Assembly: GCA_951804945.1 (NCBI GenBank)
Contig: OX638163.1
Coordinates: 37,448,001-37,512,000, forward strand
Direction: 5' to 3'
Source: Podarcis cretensis
Taxonomy: Eukaryota
DNA length: 64,000 nucleotides
Numbering within the stretch: the stretch's first letter is position 1; each line of letters begins with the position of its first letter. The notes below the pieces were generated by a model that did no database searches, was not told the origin of the DNA, and saw only the letters and a program-made list of their open reading frames with translations. The position numbers and the translations under genes were made by a program. This document shows, piece after piece, positions 48,843 through 62,400 of this stretch.

Positions 48843-49084
48843 CAGTGGTACCTCAGGTTAAGTATTTAATTCGTTCCTGAGGTCCGTTCTTAACCTGAAA
48901 CTATTCTTAACCTGAAGCACCACTTTAGCTAATGGGGCCTCCTGCTGCTGCCGCACTGCCGGAGCACGATTTCTGTTCTCAACCTGAAGCAAAGTTCTTA
49001 ACCCGAGGTACTATTTCTGGGTTAGCAGAGTCTGTAACCTGAAGCATATGTAACCTGAAGCATATGTAACCCGAGGTATCACTG
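48843..49084 (-). mobile_element. Tc1/mariner-pogo MITE, inverted copy of 20786-21027
   Basis: TA TSD, TIR CAGTGGTACCTC / GAGGTATCACTG, high similarity to the 20786 copy. Confidence 0.9.
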
Positions 49085-49089
49085 TATTC

Positions 49090-49555
49090 ATCTCTTGGAT
49101 TAGGACCCACCACACTTTTATTTTGGCACAGAGATGTGCCAGATTGAACAAACCATGAATTGGAAGGACACACCGTCTTTAGTTGAGGTGAAGGCATATG
49201 AGAGCAATGGGGGGGGGGGTATAACAAAGAGAGTTGGGGCAAGAATACAGCCCTGTTTCACACCACTCTTTACAGGAAAGGCGTCTGATTAGCCATCATA
49301 CTGGATGGTGCCACACAGGTTCTTGCAGATGGACACAATAATTTTGCGAAGCTTAGGTGGGCATCCTATCTTGTTGAGCAGTGTGAATAATCCTTTTTTG
49401 GCTTAGAAGTTCAAAGACCTTTGTCAGGTCTATGAAGGCAATGTACAGAGGGCCTTTTTGCTCAGCATTTCTCCTGCAGCTGGTGCACTGAGAAACTTAT
49501 GTTGACTGTTGACCTCTGATCGCTAAAGCTGCATTATGACTCAGGACAGTCCCTG
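49090..49555 (-). pseudogene. Decayed RTE-clade LINE reverse-transcriptase segment
   Basis: Minus-strand translation with frameshifts: PES..., QLQEKC, PLYIAFIDLTKVF, KGLFTLLNKIGCPPKL, DAFPVKSGVKQGCILAPTLF, GLFNLAHLCAK. Confidence 0.85.
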
Positions 49556-49664
49556 TCAATGGCAATCTGTCGGGAACTATACGGGTTTGTTTTTCTAGTG
49601 GGTCACAATGCTGGAGTCACACAAATGTTGTGGCACGGATCCTTGTTCCCAACAATGCAAGAGG

Positions 49665-50260
49665 AGGCCATGGAGGCCTTAACGCTTTCCACATGTGCTG
49701 CGTCAGTAGGATTTCAACATCGCATGGCAGGACAGAGTCTAAAACAAAGATGTGTTCTCCCATGCCCACATTTTCAGCATGTTCACACTCCTATCTCAGC
49801 AACGTCTATGCTGGCTTGGTCATGTGCACAGAATGGAAGATGGCAAGATCCCCAAGGACATGATATACGGGGAGCGGGCTTCAGGCACCAGTCTCATTGG
49901 CAGACCAACTCTGTGTTACAAAGAGGTCTGCAAATGAAAGCTGGCAATATCATCCCCACCGTGCGGAAATCCCTTTCAGAAGACCGCAGTGCCTGGAGAC
50001 AGGTAGTCATGTCATGCATCCACAGCAGTGTCCAGAAGAACAATGTGCTGGGAGGGAGCACAGAGAGAAGAAATGTCATCGTGCATCTACAGCAGCACAT
50101 CTGGGTGCCTTCACCTGCCCCAGCAGCAACAAAACATGTCTCTCCCATATCAGTCTCTACAGCCACAGCAGGTACTATAACCTTCCAACAGAATGAGTTT
50201 GGCTTCAACCCCAAATGTGAACTCCTGCATTGTCTCCTGAGACAGACAGGTGGCAACAAG
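49665..50260 (+). pseudogene. Decayed RTE-clade LINE C-terminus and 3' end
   Basis: LNAFHMCCVSRI, QQRLCWLGHVHRMEDGKIPKDMIYGE, GRPTLCYKEVCK, EDRSAWR, C2H2-like FTCPSSNKTCLSHISLYSHSR, and terminal ATTGTCTCCTGAGACAGAC..GCAACAA. Confidence 0.85.
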
Positions 50261-50980
50261 TATTATTATTTGTTTTTTGTTTTTCAAATTTCATTTGCTT
50301 TTACTGACTTTATTTTTATTCTTCCCACCTTCATTTTCTCTGTTAAGTTTGCAAGCAATGATGAAAATAGCAACAGCAACAATTGTTTTAAGAAAATATC
50401 TGGAGGGTACTAGGGGGTGTAATCTAGGGCGTGTACAATGCAAAAAATGTAATGAAGAGTTTGTTTTAGAACAATTTTACTTTAGTTCTGGTCATAAATT
50501 GTGCAGTGTGTGAAATAGCAAAACTGGTTTGATGTTCCAGGGGGTGGGGGTCTGTGTCTGCCTATGGTAGTGGCTTGTTTCTCTCAAATATCCTTTGCGT
50601 TATTTTATCAACTTCCAATCACAGTTGGGTGAGATTGCAACTCTTGTGTCTCTGCATGGCAGGTCAGACGAATGGTTCCCTCTGAAGCCCCTGACAATGA
50701 GACAAACAGGAATACATTGCAGTTGGAACGGCAAGGCCCCAGGAGCCAGAGTGTCATTGCTGTGACGGCCTCCAATGGCTGGAGACTTGGGAACTCTGGC
50801 TCTTTCTTGAACTGGGGTCACTTGACTGGCATGTCTGCCGGTCTCCTGGGTGGCCCTGAGCTGGCTTTCTGCAGCAGGATGAAAGTGTCAGCAGAATTTT
50901 TTTAAAGCACCCTGAATCACATTTTGAGGAAAGGAGGGAAGAACATCTCTTGCTTGAATTTGCTTTCTGTTTAATATTTC

Positions 50981-51308
50981 TCGAAAGGTCGGCGGTTCGA
51001 ATCCCTGCGGCGGGGTGCACTCCCGCTGCTCGGTCCCAGCGCCTGCCAACCTAGCAGTTCGAAAGCACCTCCGGGTGCAAGTAGATAAATAGGGACCGCT
51101 TACCAGCGGGAAGGTAAACGGCGTTTCCGTGTGCGGCTCTGGCTCTGGCTCTGGCTCTGGCCAGAGCAGCGATGTCACGCTGGCCACGTGACCCGGAAGT
51201 GTCTCCGGACAGCGCTGGCCCCTGGCCTCTTAAGTGAGATGGGCGCACAACCCCAGAGTCTGTCAAGACTGGCCCGTACGGGCAGGGGTACCTTTACCTT
51301 TTTTACCT
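50981..51308 (+). mobile_element. Sauria SINE, 5'-truncated (starts just before the B box)
   Basis: Near-identical to the 15453 copy; ACCTTT tail; no obvious TSD. Confidence 0.93.
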
Positions 51309-52266
51309 AGTGATGACTTGGGGAGGATCTTTGTTTCCAGCAGGTAGGTGGTATTAAATGGCATAAGCACCACGTGCCAAAGGAGGTACGAGCTCCCAGT
51401 TGCTTCCTGCTCTTGGTTGTAACTTAAGCAAATCTGTGGCCAATTACTACATTAGGGAAGAGTCATAGTTCAGTGGTATGGCAACTGCTTTGCATACAGA
51501 AGATCCCAGGTTCATTCCTCAGCTTTCCCAGGTAATGCTGGTATCAGTCAATGTTGACAATACTGAGTTGGGCCAAAGCTCTGACCTAGGTTCCTATATG
51601 AGCCTTTCCCAACACTTCAGTTTACAAGGCATGCACCTTAGAAGCCATACGCTGCACAAAATGGAATCAAATAACTTAAAGTAAATTGTAATTAATTCAC
51701 ACTCCCACATTGATTTAATGATGCTTTTCCAGCTGCTTTGCAACAATCATAATGAACTGAAATAAACTGCAATGAATTTAATTGAAAATAAAATGAATTT
51801 ATAATTAGGCAATCCATGTCACACCCACAGCGACATTTACATGAATGGAGTTGCTCATCAAGATTTAATATCGCCCTTTAAGGTAGCGTTTATAATGTTG
51901 ATCTGATGTTGGATGAGCGTTTCAAGCTGTCAGGGCAAAGGGAGCAGTGAAGGGTTATGTGGGAGGAACATTGTTTCTGATTTGCCTCAAGGCATTGTGA
52001 TGATCCTCAAATATCCCACAAGTGCTCTTGTGGAGATTCCCAAGTGTTCTGGAAATGCCCCAGTGAAGATTCCCAAGCACTCACAAAGACAGAAGTGGCA
52101 GTTTTCCCAAGACTCGGCAGAATCTGTGTCTTTAAAAAAACTTTTAGTGATACTGCCACTGCTGTATCCACTGCGCCTGATACCACTGGTAGCAACAACA
52201 CCAGCCATACCACTCCTTACAATACCATTACTGTGAGCCCGCTATCGCACCCAATAACACTCTATG

Positions 52267-52270
<4 letters not shown>

Positions 52271-52307
<37 letters not shown>
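52271..52307. repeat. (TG)n microsatellite
   Basis: About 18 units. Confidence 0.95.
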
Positions 52308-52309
<2 letters not shown>

Positions 52310-54580
52310 AGTGTTAATGCCTCCGCAGCTGCCACTGCCACAAAGTTCTGTATGTGGCTGGTGGGCCAGAAAAAATAATGATTGGTTGGAATATTCTGAC
52401 TCATGAGTCAGCAGTTGCCAGTCTCTGGTGTAAGGTGCAGGTATGTGGAAAGTGTTCACTTGCAATTACATGAGGTTAACAAAAGATGAGTGTTTATTTG
52501 CAGAACGATGAAAACAAATTCTCAGTAAATTGAAGTCTGAGTTGAACACAATTAGAGCCAGAAATCAGTAAAACCAGTTTGCACCCAATTAATCTCCTCT
52601 ACCGTCTCCTTCTTCTGGAAACTGGTCATCATCCTGACTGTCATTTCTGCTTACTTTGACATTCTATACTTTATGCAGCCTCACCACACACCTGCTCCAA
52701 ACAGAAAACCCCAAAATGGCCCATGAGAGTACATGGTTCATTCCATCTGCAAAGGCTAATTGCAATAAGCAAAGCTTTGTTCCATGTGCAGATATAACAG
52801 CCACCACATTGCCCATCTCCTGCTTCATAAAAGTCACCTAACATTGACTGAGGCTTCTATAAGGTTGATAAATGGGGGTGGGTGGGGGTGGATGCAGTTA
52901 TGGCCCCTCTCTGCCAGCCTCTACCGGCAAGCTGGAACATCAGTGATGGCAGAGGCTTCTTCACATCCCAAGATGTGAAAAATTACTATTAGCAGTCGTC
53001 TTGTTTGGCAGCAATGTTCCAAGACAGGGCATTCTGGGAGAGAGGTAGGGATGGAGCTAGACCTATAGGGCTTCAGGTAAATATGATTCTGCTACTCTGA
53101 CAATCTCCAGCCCCTTATTAGGATTATTCAGCCCATCTACAACACCAGCCTCGCAAAATACGGAAATTGATCATCTCTCTGTGGGTTTGTATCAACCCTG
53201 CATACCACCTCTCTGCCTGCTCAGATGGAATGTTTGAGTCTGGATTGACTTCTTTTTCTTAGTTGTTGGTGTTTGTTTGTTTAATAAAATTATATAAAAA
53301 CCTTTGAGAAAATAAATCAGTGCATCAAGCAGTTTTGCTGGAATTTACAGGAGACTCCCAAGGCATGATTGGCTGCTTCAAGATGAAACGTGTTTCCAGT
53401 ATCCCATAGGTGGAAATCTGTCAACAGCTATTTACATCCTGAAACATTTCTAATATGATCTTCATACTATTTATGCTTCACATCAAGTGCCTAAGTAATT
53501 GGAACAGTCTGCAATAAAGCAATTGTCAGTTTGCTTTTTCCTCTTCCCACCTCAAAAGTGCAGACCCAACAAATGATAATGCAAGAATAGAAAAGACTGT
53601 GGATTAAATTACTTGCTTATATAAATAGTTAAAGTTAAAGCTCTTCCGAAACAACTCCTGCCTTTTACTTTGGGATTTTTGAATAGGCGAGTGTAGTTGG
53701 AGTTGTTTTTTTTTGTTTTGTTTTTTGTTTTAAAAAGAATAACTCTTTCCCTTTCTTTTGAAATATTTAGCTACCAACACTTGGTTGTCTAGATTTGTCA
53801 ATCCCTAGCCTCAACTGCCAATCTGATTAATATCTGTATGTGGAATATGGGGCACCATATTTCCCTTCACCTCAGACAACCAAATGTCTTCTACCAATAT
53901 TGCCTGAGGCTAAGATTAAAATCCTCTTGTTTTCCTGGGAGCAAGACCATTTGAACTTAATAGGATGTACTCCTGAGCCAACACAAAAGAATCTGGATGA
54001 ATGTTGTTTGCAGAACTGGCTCTTTTCTTTTTCTTCTTTACTTCTTTATCTTAATTGGTACCTATCTGTTTCATGAGTTGTTGCTGTTGTTTTAAATTGC
54101 TGATAAAAGTACCACTCCCAAGCAACCCATCACAGATTAATTTATCTCCCATCCCTTTACTATTGCTCTATATTTGCAAAACCCTGTGAGCAGCATTCAA
54201 AACTTCTTAAAATCACCTTAATTAAATATTTCACAGCAATACAGAAAAATCACTCTAGAGGTGCTGCTTTTATGTTGCATTACTGCTGAATGTTAACAAC
54301 AATATATAAGCTTGATAGGGTTTCACAAGTTGCACTGAAGCACCTGCAGAATACTGTGGGAGTTGCCTGCAGGTATGGATGGTGCCAAGAGAAAGAAGAG
54401 GGTTGCACAGAAAAGACAAAACACACCCCTGGGGTTGGCAGATACCTTTGTGCCACTTGTTACATTTTTGAAACAGAAATAAGATGATATTTTACCATCA
54501 ATGCTCCTGTCCTAAATATATTTTACTGCATCTTAAATAAAATATATTTAATTTAATGGAGTTAGCAAATGTTGATTAGG

Positions 54581-54723
54581 NNNNNNNNNNNNNNNNNNNN
54601 NNNNNNNNNNNNNNNNNNNNNNNNNNNNNNNNNNNNNNNNNNNNNNNNNNNNNNNNNNNNNNNNNNNNNNNNNNNNNNNNNNNNNNNNNNNNNNNNNNNN
54701 NNNNNNNNNNNNNNNNNNNNNNN
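54581..54723. other. Assembly gap (143 N)
   Basis: Run of N. Confidence 1.
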
Positions 54724-56860
54724 TGTGTTGGAGAGGTGATTCAAAGGTGAGCAATGAATGGGGAGGCATAAGAATTTAGGCAACTGCCTTAATCTGCTTC
54801 AGGTCTACCTAGCTCAGTATGTCTTCATCGACTTACTGTCAGTGGCTTTCCAGGATTTCCGACAGGGCAAATTCTCAATTCTACATGAAGAATCCAGAGA
54901 TTGAACATGAGAACTTCCATATGCAAAGCAGATGCTGTACTATGGAGCTATGACCTTTCCCCATCCCTGTGAGCAATTTTTGGAGCTCCATTTCCCTTCC
55001 ACAAAGGAACCACTGAAGTGTGAGATTTCAAGGCTGATTAACATTCCCTCTGTTTTAAAACCAACTAGGTTTTGTCAACCAGTGGCAAAGAGGCCTGTTC
55101 ACTTATTCACCACAGGGCATATGGGCAATAGATTACATCTCCAAAGCTTCAAAGTTGAAAGAAATCTGTAGTCTGCTGATAGCCCCACCAAGATGGTGGC
55201 TATTCTTTTTTTAAAACAGACAACCCAAAACAATCCTATTGTAGCTTTAAAATACTCCTGATCCAAGCTGGAATGATGCTAACTTTCTCTTTACAAGGAA
55301 TGGGTTTTAACACTTAAGGGATATCATCTGTTTATTTTTAAGATCAATATATAGCCACAATGGCACAGATAAAAGTGAGGTTGACGTTCCTTCCTGACTC
55401 CAGACAAAGGTTGCAAACCATGTCTCAGAAGGTACAAATTGCTAAAGTGTTGACTGTCTGAGCTCTTATTGCTTTTAGCACCTGTGGTAGTTCATCTCAC
55501 CTTTTCCCCTCACACCTTGGGAACAGCAGGCTGGCCTGACCATACACATGGATGCACAATGAAATGGCTATTAGGATGGCTGCTAATATGATCCCCAGAC
55601 AATACATTTGCCACTGATTTTTTGCCTAAAGCCAGAGGCAGACCAAGACATTTTTGTGCCTGAGGCAAAACAAAAGAAAACACACACATAAAAATTATTG
55701 AAGGGCACCCCTCATGGGGGTTAAAAATAAAATAAAATAAAAATGACAAACTACATAGTTAGGAAATTTGCTGTCCATTTAACGGCACCCTGAATTCTGC
55801 CACCTGAGGCAATCCACCACAATGTGCCTAATGTAAGGATTAACCCTGTCCAAAATAGAATGTTGAGCTGAAACAGGACATATCTATTGAGAGGAAATAT
55901 TACTGTTAAATATTTTAAATATGTATAAGGTCATCTCAACATAAAAAAGCTTCTAAGGTTGCACACAAATCTGAAACCAATGAAAAAAATTAAGAGTGTT
56001 CTTTAAATAACTCTGGTTTTGATATTATATTCTCAAAGCTTCACTAAAAAAGAAAAAAAAGATGGGATTATAGAAGATCCAATTCTCTTTCTATTTTCTT
56101 TTGCCACAATCCTGCCACTGTTTTGAAAACAGTCTTATGGCCAAAGTTCCAATTGCTACCAGAATCTGAACATGCCAAAAAGTGAAAAACAAAAACCAAC
56201 AAAAATAATGAAAAGTTGAATTAAGTAAACTAGTACATGCAATTTGAAGGGGTTGTGGATGCTGGCTGAAGCTGGCTGTAATTCTTTGGTGTATTCAATG
56301 TGTACCCTGGAGTGGAGAAATCCAAGGGCCACATTGCCCTATGAACAATCTTCCAAGGGCCACATGCCAGTGATGTGTATGGCCATAAGCAAAAGTAGAT
56401 AAAGCAAACTAATGTAAACCTTTGTGCAATAGGTTAGTTTTTGCACACACTCCTTTCTATCCTCCTTCCAGACAAGCAAGAGTTGATATCAGAGTTCAAG
56501 GACACATTCTAGCTAGGCAAAAACATTCAGGGTGTGAAGCAGGGCCAGTGAGGGGATTGGCCTGGGTGGAATTTTGAGGGCCAGACAGATGAACACTTTT
56601 GTTCCCCCCCCATGTTTCTCCACCTGGTCTACCCCAACAAAATTTTGAATGCCAAAATCATTTGGGGAATGAATGCCCAAATAACTCCAATAACAGTAGT
56701 TTCCAGCCTTCGCATCTTTCTCTTGGTTGAAATAAAAAGACACATAATAAGATCTGCTCCATTTGTGCCACCAGTTGGACTGGTATTTGCGATTTTTCAA
56801 TCAAAATTTTTTAGGCATTATGGATCTGTATAGTCGTGGTGGCCTCTATGCACTGGCTGC

Positions 56861-56914
56861 AAGGAAGGAAGGAAGGAAGGAAGGAAGGAAGGAAGGAAAG
56901 AAGGAAGGAAGGAA
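56861..56914. repeat. (AAGG)n microsatellite
   Basis: About 13 nearly perfect units. Confidence 0.95.
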
Positions 56915-58133
56915 AAGGGAGTTAGACAAAAGTTGTTTTGGTGGCTTTAACAGAGGATTGAGCAAATTCATGGAGGATAAGGCCACAACTGTCAGAGGCA
57001 GTATAGTTACTGGGAATCCTGTTTGACCGCTTTGAGAACAGGATGCTGGACTAGATTGGCATTTGGCTTGATCCACGGAATTCTTCTTATTTTTCTGCAT
57101 TTCTTCTGGATAACAGGATAAGAACCCTTCATGCACAGGAACTGAGTGCAAGGGCTTTCGGCCCTTTAGCTTAATGGAAATGAATGCTATGTCAACAAGT
57201 TAAATTAATAATATTGCATTCCTCTGAGAAATGTTGGCATCTAGAGTGGACACCATAAGGCCCCTGCTTCAACAGTGGGGATGCTGCCAATCCCTGGAGC
57301 CTCTGTGTCCTGCTCCTCCTCCTATCTGCTGCTGCTACTGCTGCTTATACACTCACCTTCTCTAAGAAAGCAATAAAGAAAAGGGGGAGAGCAATAACTT
57401 CCCTGCGGAGAGGTGTGAATTGGACCCAGAAGGAGAGGAAAATGACTAGGCAATGGTAGCAATGGTGCTGATGAAGGAAGAGGAGGACGAAATATTAATA
57501 GAATAGACTTACTGAGAACATCTTGTTGACCTACTCCTCCTCCTCCCCCCACAAAGCAAACCCACCCTGGAACTGATTCTTTAACTAGTTGTGTGAATCT
57601 GAGCTATGTTTTCTGTCCAGCACTTGGAAGAAAAAGAAGCAAATAAAATATGTCCTGGTGTGGTCCTGGTGAGTCTGTTCAGTGCCTGGATAAGTGACTG
57701 CCTAGCAACCAAATGTCCACCATCTTGGGTTCCATGGTGGAGAATCATATGAAGTTAATGTAAGGAAATAAATAAACACAATATTTTCATGCAATTTTAT
57801 AACCCTTGAATACAAGGCATGGAAACAGAAAGCTGCTCAGTTCTAGGGCTGTCTGAGCAATAACAGCCTCCAAAATTTCACTGTCCTATTTATGAATTGC
57901 AACACTGAAGGAGAGTGGGCTTGAGAGTGGGCAGGAGAAATTTCTCAGAAATTTCTTTCTTTAGGAATTTCAGCTCAGCTTATACTGTATGATCCTATTC
58001 TTAGTATATTCTGAAGGATGCAGGACAAAATAGGCTATGGGGGGAAGGAGTAGGGACTATGGACACTAATTCTGTCAGCAATATTCAAATATAAACACTG
58101 TTATTCCTGAAATTTTCCATGCTATCCACAGAT

Positions 58134-58138
58134 TAATA

Positions 58139-58180
<42 letters not shown>

Positions 58181-58300
58181 TGGGGGAGGTATGTTTTCTA
58201 TTATTTTTGAGGAATCCCCCCAAAAAAAATTCTCATAAAAATCCTTTTCTGAAACATTTTGTCTTAGCCTTTGTAAATTTATCTATTTACTATTTATCTA

Positions 58301-58339
<39 letters not shown>

Positions 58340-58379
58340 TACACCCCACCAATCTGGCAGGGTTTCCCCAGCCACTCTG
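58134..58379. repeat. Two (ATT)n microsatellites; the second is the tail of a very short L2 3' end (58300-58379, minus)
   Basis: (ATT)~14 and (ATT)~13, the latter followed by ACCCCACCAATCTGGCAGGGTTTCCCCAGCCACTCTG. Confidence 0.85.
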
Positions 58380-59249
58380 AAATCATCTTTTAGAGGTGGG
58401 CTATGTCCCCAGCCCTCTCGAATCAATTCCTAGCTGAAGTTATACAAAACACTTACTATCTTCATAGTCACGAAGCTTCTAAGGACATTTTGTTAAGAAG
58501 ACTTTTCCTGAAGTGTGGCAATTACAATTGTAGAATTTGTTTTTAGCTCCTTGCATCTGTATCTTTGTATCTTGTCTTATTTTATCTGATTGTGCAATGT
58601 TTCAGTAGCTTGTTACTGCAAAGCTGTTTACAAATCTGTAAAGTAAATAAAATTTAAAACAATAAAATAATGGGTGCTAGTCCCTTGCATTTCCAAGTCT
58701 TTGTAGAAGGACAGACAGGTATCTTGGCTTAAGTTTTTGCTTTCTTTCAGCACTAACACAGAGATGAGTTGAATAGAGCAAAGGAAAGCTTTATCGTTAT
58801 TTTTTAAGACTGATCTGTTCCCAGGGGCAGCCATTCTCTGCCACTTGACACATTTGACATGTCACTGGCAGAATGAAATCTTCAAACATGGAAAACCTGT
58901 CAGGGTCACTGCTCAAAAGTGTATGCAAGTTGGCGGGAGGAGGGAGAGTTCTCTTTTCTGTCTCAGGACAAAATTGAGAAGTAGTTATTTATTCTTTCCC
59001 CAGGTAGAAACATGATGTTATTTTGGCACATTGGTCAAATGCTTGAAAAATAATGGGAAGCGCTATGTATCCACTGGACCTATGGCCCTACAGTGAGAGT
59101 TGTACTCCAACAGGAGAGAGGTAGATTTATTTAATTGCCATTTTAATTCCATGAGGTGTGCTGCCTGGGGACACTTTTTTTTAAGAGCAGACTACAAATA
59201 CCTCAAATAAATAAATAAGCATGCAACCCTCTGGACTATACATGGTGAC

Positions 59250-59475
59250 AGCCCTTGAGGTATTTGCCATATCTCATCTCTGCCTCCTCTAACCCAGACA
59301 AAATATGATCAACTCCCTCAGTCATTCCTCATAAGGGTTGTCTTCCAGGCCCTTTAACATCTTGTTCACCTTCCTCTTCACACGTTCCAGCTTGTCAATA
59401 TCCTTCTTAAATTGTGGTGCCCAGAACTGGACACAGTATTGCAGGTCGGATCTGACCAAGACAGAATAGAGCTGG
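59250..59475 (-). pseudogene. CR1 LINE ORF2 C-terminal fragment
   Basis: Minus-strand translation [53 protein letters not shown], matching the CR1 consensus LVRPHLEYCVQFW...YEERLREL. Confidence 0.88.
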
Positions 59476-62400
59476 ACTATGACTTTATTGGGACACTATC
59501 CTTTGATAATTTGGAATCCATAATGCCTAACTGCAAATGACATAAAAGGTGCTTACACAGTTAAGCACTAAAAAACCCCTTACAGTTACACATTTCTATG
59601 GCCGCTACTGCTTGAAGCAAATAACCTATGATCTAGCAGCATCATAAAGTATTTCAATGACAAGTCATAGTAATATCATTGAAATAGTCATCAACTCCTG
59701 TATTATTCCCATCAACATAGACTTCAACCTATGCCAAGCCCACAAGTGCGACAACACTTCCCTGATCCTGATTTCCAGCAACTAGTATTCAGAGACATAC
59801 CAGGTCTGATAATTGAAGGTAACATAGCCATCACCCATAGGATTATCCTGTATGAATTTGCCTAACTCCCTTTTAATGATGCTTAAATTGGCAGCCATCA
59901 CTACGTATTGCCATAGTGAATTCCACAGTTAAACTATGCACTGTATGAAGAAGTAATTACATTTGTCTTTTTCGTATTTCCCCACATCAAGTTTCATTGG
60001 AAGACCTGCATTAAGCAAGAAGTTCTTTCTATGCAGTTTTTGCCTTTTTGCAAATCTGTTTATTGATCTGATTGGTTCATTGATGTTTTAGACTTCCATT
60101 TTCATGATGTCCTGCCAGTAAGACCAAAGGTCAGGAAAGATGGGAGTTGTAGTCCAACAATAACTCCAATCTTCCCTGACCTTTGGTCATGCTGGAAGAG
60201 CATCATGAGAGGTGAAGTCCAAAACATGTGGAGGGCACCAGGTTGGGAAATGCTTGTCTACTCAGACTGACAGCAGGTTTATAGGGCATTTCCCATTTTC
60301 TATTACCTGCTAGTTGATCCTATTTATTTCAACTGGAGATGTCAGGAATTGAACTTAGGGCCTCCTACAAGGGAAACCTATGCTCTGTGAATGAGTTATG
60401 GCTCTCTCCCGGTTTCCATTTGTTTACCCTGGCACATCTTTCTTTGCTCCTTCATAGCTCATTTTCATAACTGTAGTCCCTGAAGAATAGATAGCTTTGT
60501 AGCCCAGGCTTGCCTGAACAGACAATGCATAGTTAGAATTCAGGATGGCAAGAGGAATTTTGGCAGTTGGAAGAGAAATGTTGAATAGTTCTCTCTCTAT
60601 TCAGAACACCTACCAGCTCAGCCAGCTGACAGTAACAGAAAAGTGTGCACCTTCAAGCGGACTTTAACACTAATTTCTCAGTGTGAGTGATTTAGGCAGT
60701 ATGTCCAGCATGGACACATTGTGTGGCCTTTCAGGAGTCTGTACAATGGGAGGGATAACTGTTAGCCTTTGGGAGGGAAAAATATGAAGTGGGCTGCATG
60801 TATTTTCTAGGCTGAGATTGCTATATGTGCAATCAATAATAAAAAGGACGCTTCAAGTTCTTGGTTTTGTCTAAGGAGTCTTTCTATTTCCATAAGCATC
60901 TTATTGGCATTGGCTACAGCATCCTTGAATGTCAACTCTGCACTCTTTGTGTTCACCATATATAAGACCATTTAGCATTTCACGTGTGTGTGTGTGTGTA
61001 TTACAGACGGGAAATTTCAAAGTGGATCACCTACACTATGTCAACCCAGGTCAAGAGCAGGAGTATATAATGATCTTGGGAAGCTAGCCAGTATCTCACA
61101 GTAATGGGTTCAGGTGACCCTCCTCCACATTGAAATTCTGTGTGAGGGGGTTGCATGGCTAAACCTTGGCCCCTCCCAACACAATCTGTGCATTCACATT
61201 CTCTTGTGAACGTTCAGATACTCTGTATATTATATATAACTTACAGTCAATGATGTGGACTGAGTATGGAGGTGTGGGAAAGCACATGAGATGATAGCAT
61301 CATTGAATAGATCTCAACTGCCATTTATTTTATGGTAGACCCATCTCCATTAAAGCATCTATTTCCACCCCTACAAGTGGTACAATTGAGCCAATCATTT
61401 TCCTTTCTTTCCTTCTCCCTACACCTGCTATGTCTCCCTTTAGCAACCTACAAACCCAAAATGTGAGTTTTTCTGCTACATGTGGGAAGTTTCAGTGTTT
61501 CAAAAGTTCAGAACTAATTGCATTTGCATCCAAAGTGTGCTGTAAAGCGGAGCGGGTAGCTGTGGATTAAACGCTTTAATGTGCCTGCTGACTCTACCAA
61601 AAGTTGCCCCTGTCTGAAGTAGCAATGTCAACATTATCACTCAAGTGTGACTTTGTTCTTTTTCCTCTCGCATTGACATCCCTCTTTCATCTTGTGCCAG
61701 ATTAGCTGGCTGTCAACAACTGTGACACTGTGTGTTTCAGATAGGAAACAAACTAAACTCCAACCAAGTCAACCCTATAGTCTGAAGTGTGAATAATGTG
61801 GGGAATAGTTGTGGGTACGGAAGGGGGGGGAGTGTTTTTGTTAGTCATGGTTGCAATTCTCTTATTGCTCATTGTCTCTCTAGGATGCAGAATGCCAAAA
61901 ACTTTGAAACCAGGAAGGAACTAGCTCAATTCCAGGAGAAATAGTGGCCTGGAGCCAGCTTGTGTTAAAACAGAGAACACAAATTTTACTCACCTTTTGA
62001 ATGCATAATTTCAAATAAGTTAAGGCTGGTAAAGAAAGTGAGCTGATCCAAGTGAGTTTTGCATACTGGCACAATGTATATTGGTGGCATGAGTGTATAC
62101 CATAAACCAGGCTTTTCTCCAGTTTGACCTCTTGGAGCCAGTGGGGACTTTACAGGGCAGAATAAAGTCCTTGGGATGCTGGGGAACAGAATCATTTTTA
62201 GTATACATTTTTAAGTGAACTGACCTAATTTGCATATATGCAGACTAATACTCAGATTGTAATGCAATTATCATTTGGATTTTACACTTATGAGTTTTGC
62301 AATCTATGTCTCAGCTCAATAGGTGTACCAAAATGTGTGAAATAATACACACTGAAGGATAAGATATGTTAAGAGAAGTGTACATTGTGATTAAATACGT

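Noticed and set aside
49559-50413. 284-aa plus-strand ORF as a host gene
   Set aside because: It runs mostly out of frame across a decayed RTE element; only short stretches (EDRSAWR) are RTE protein.
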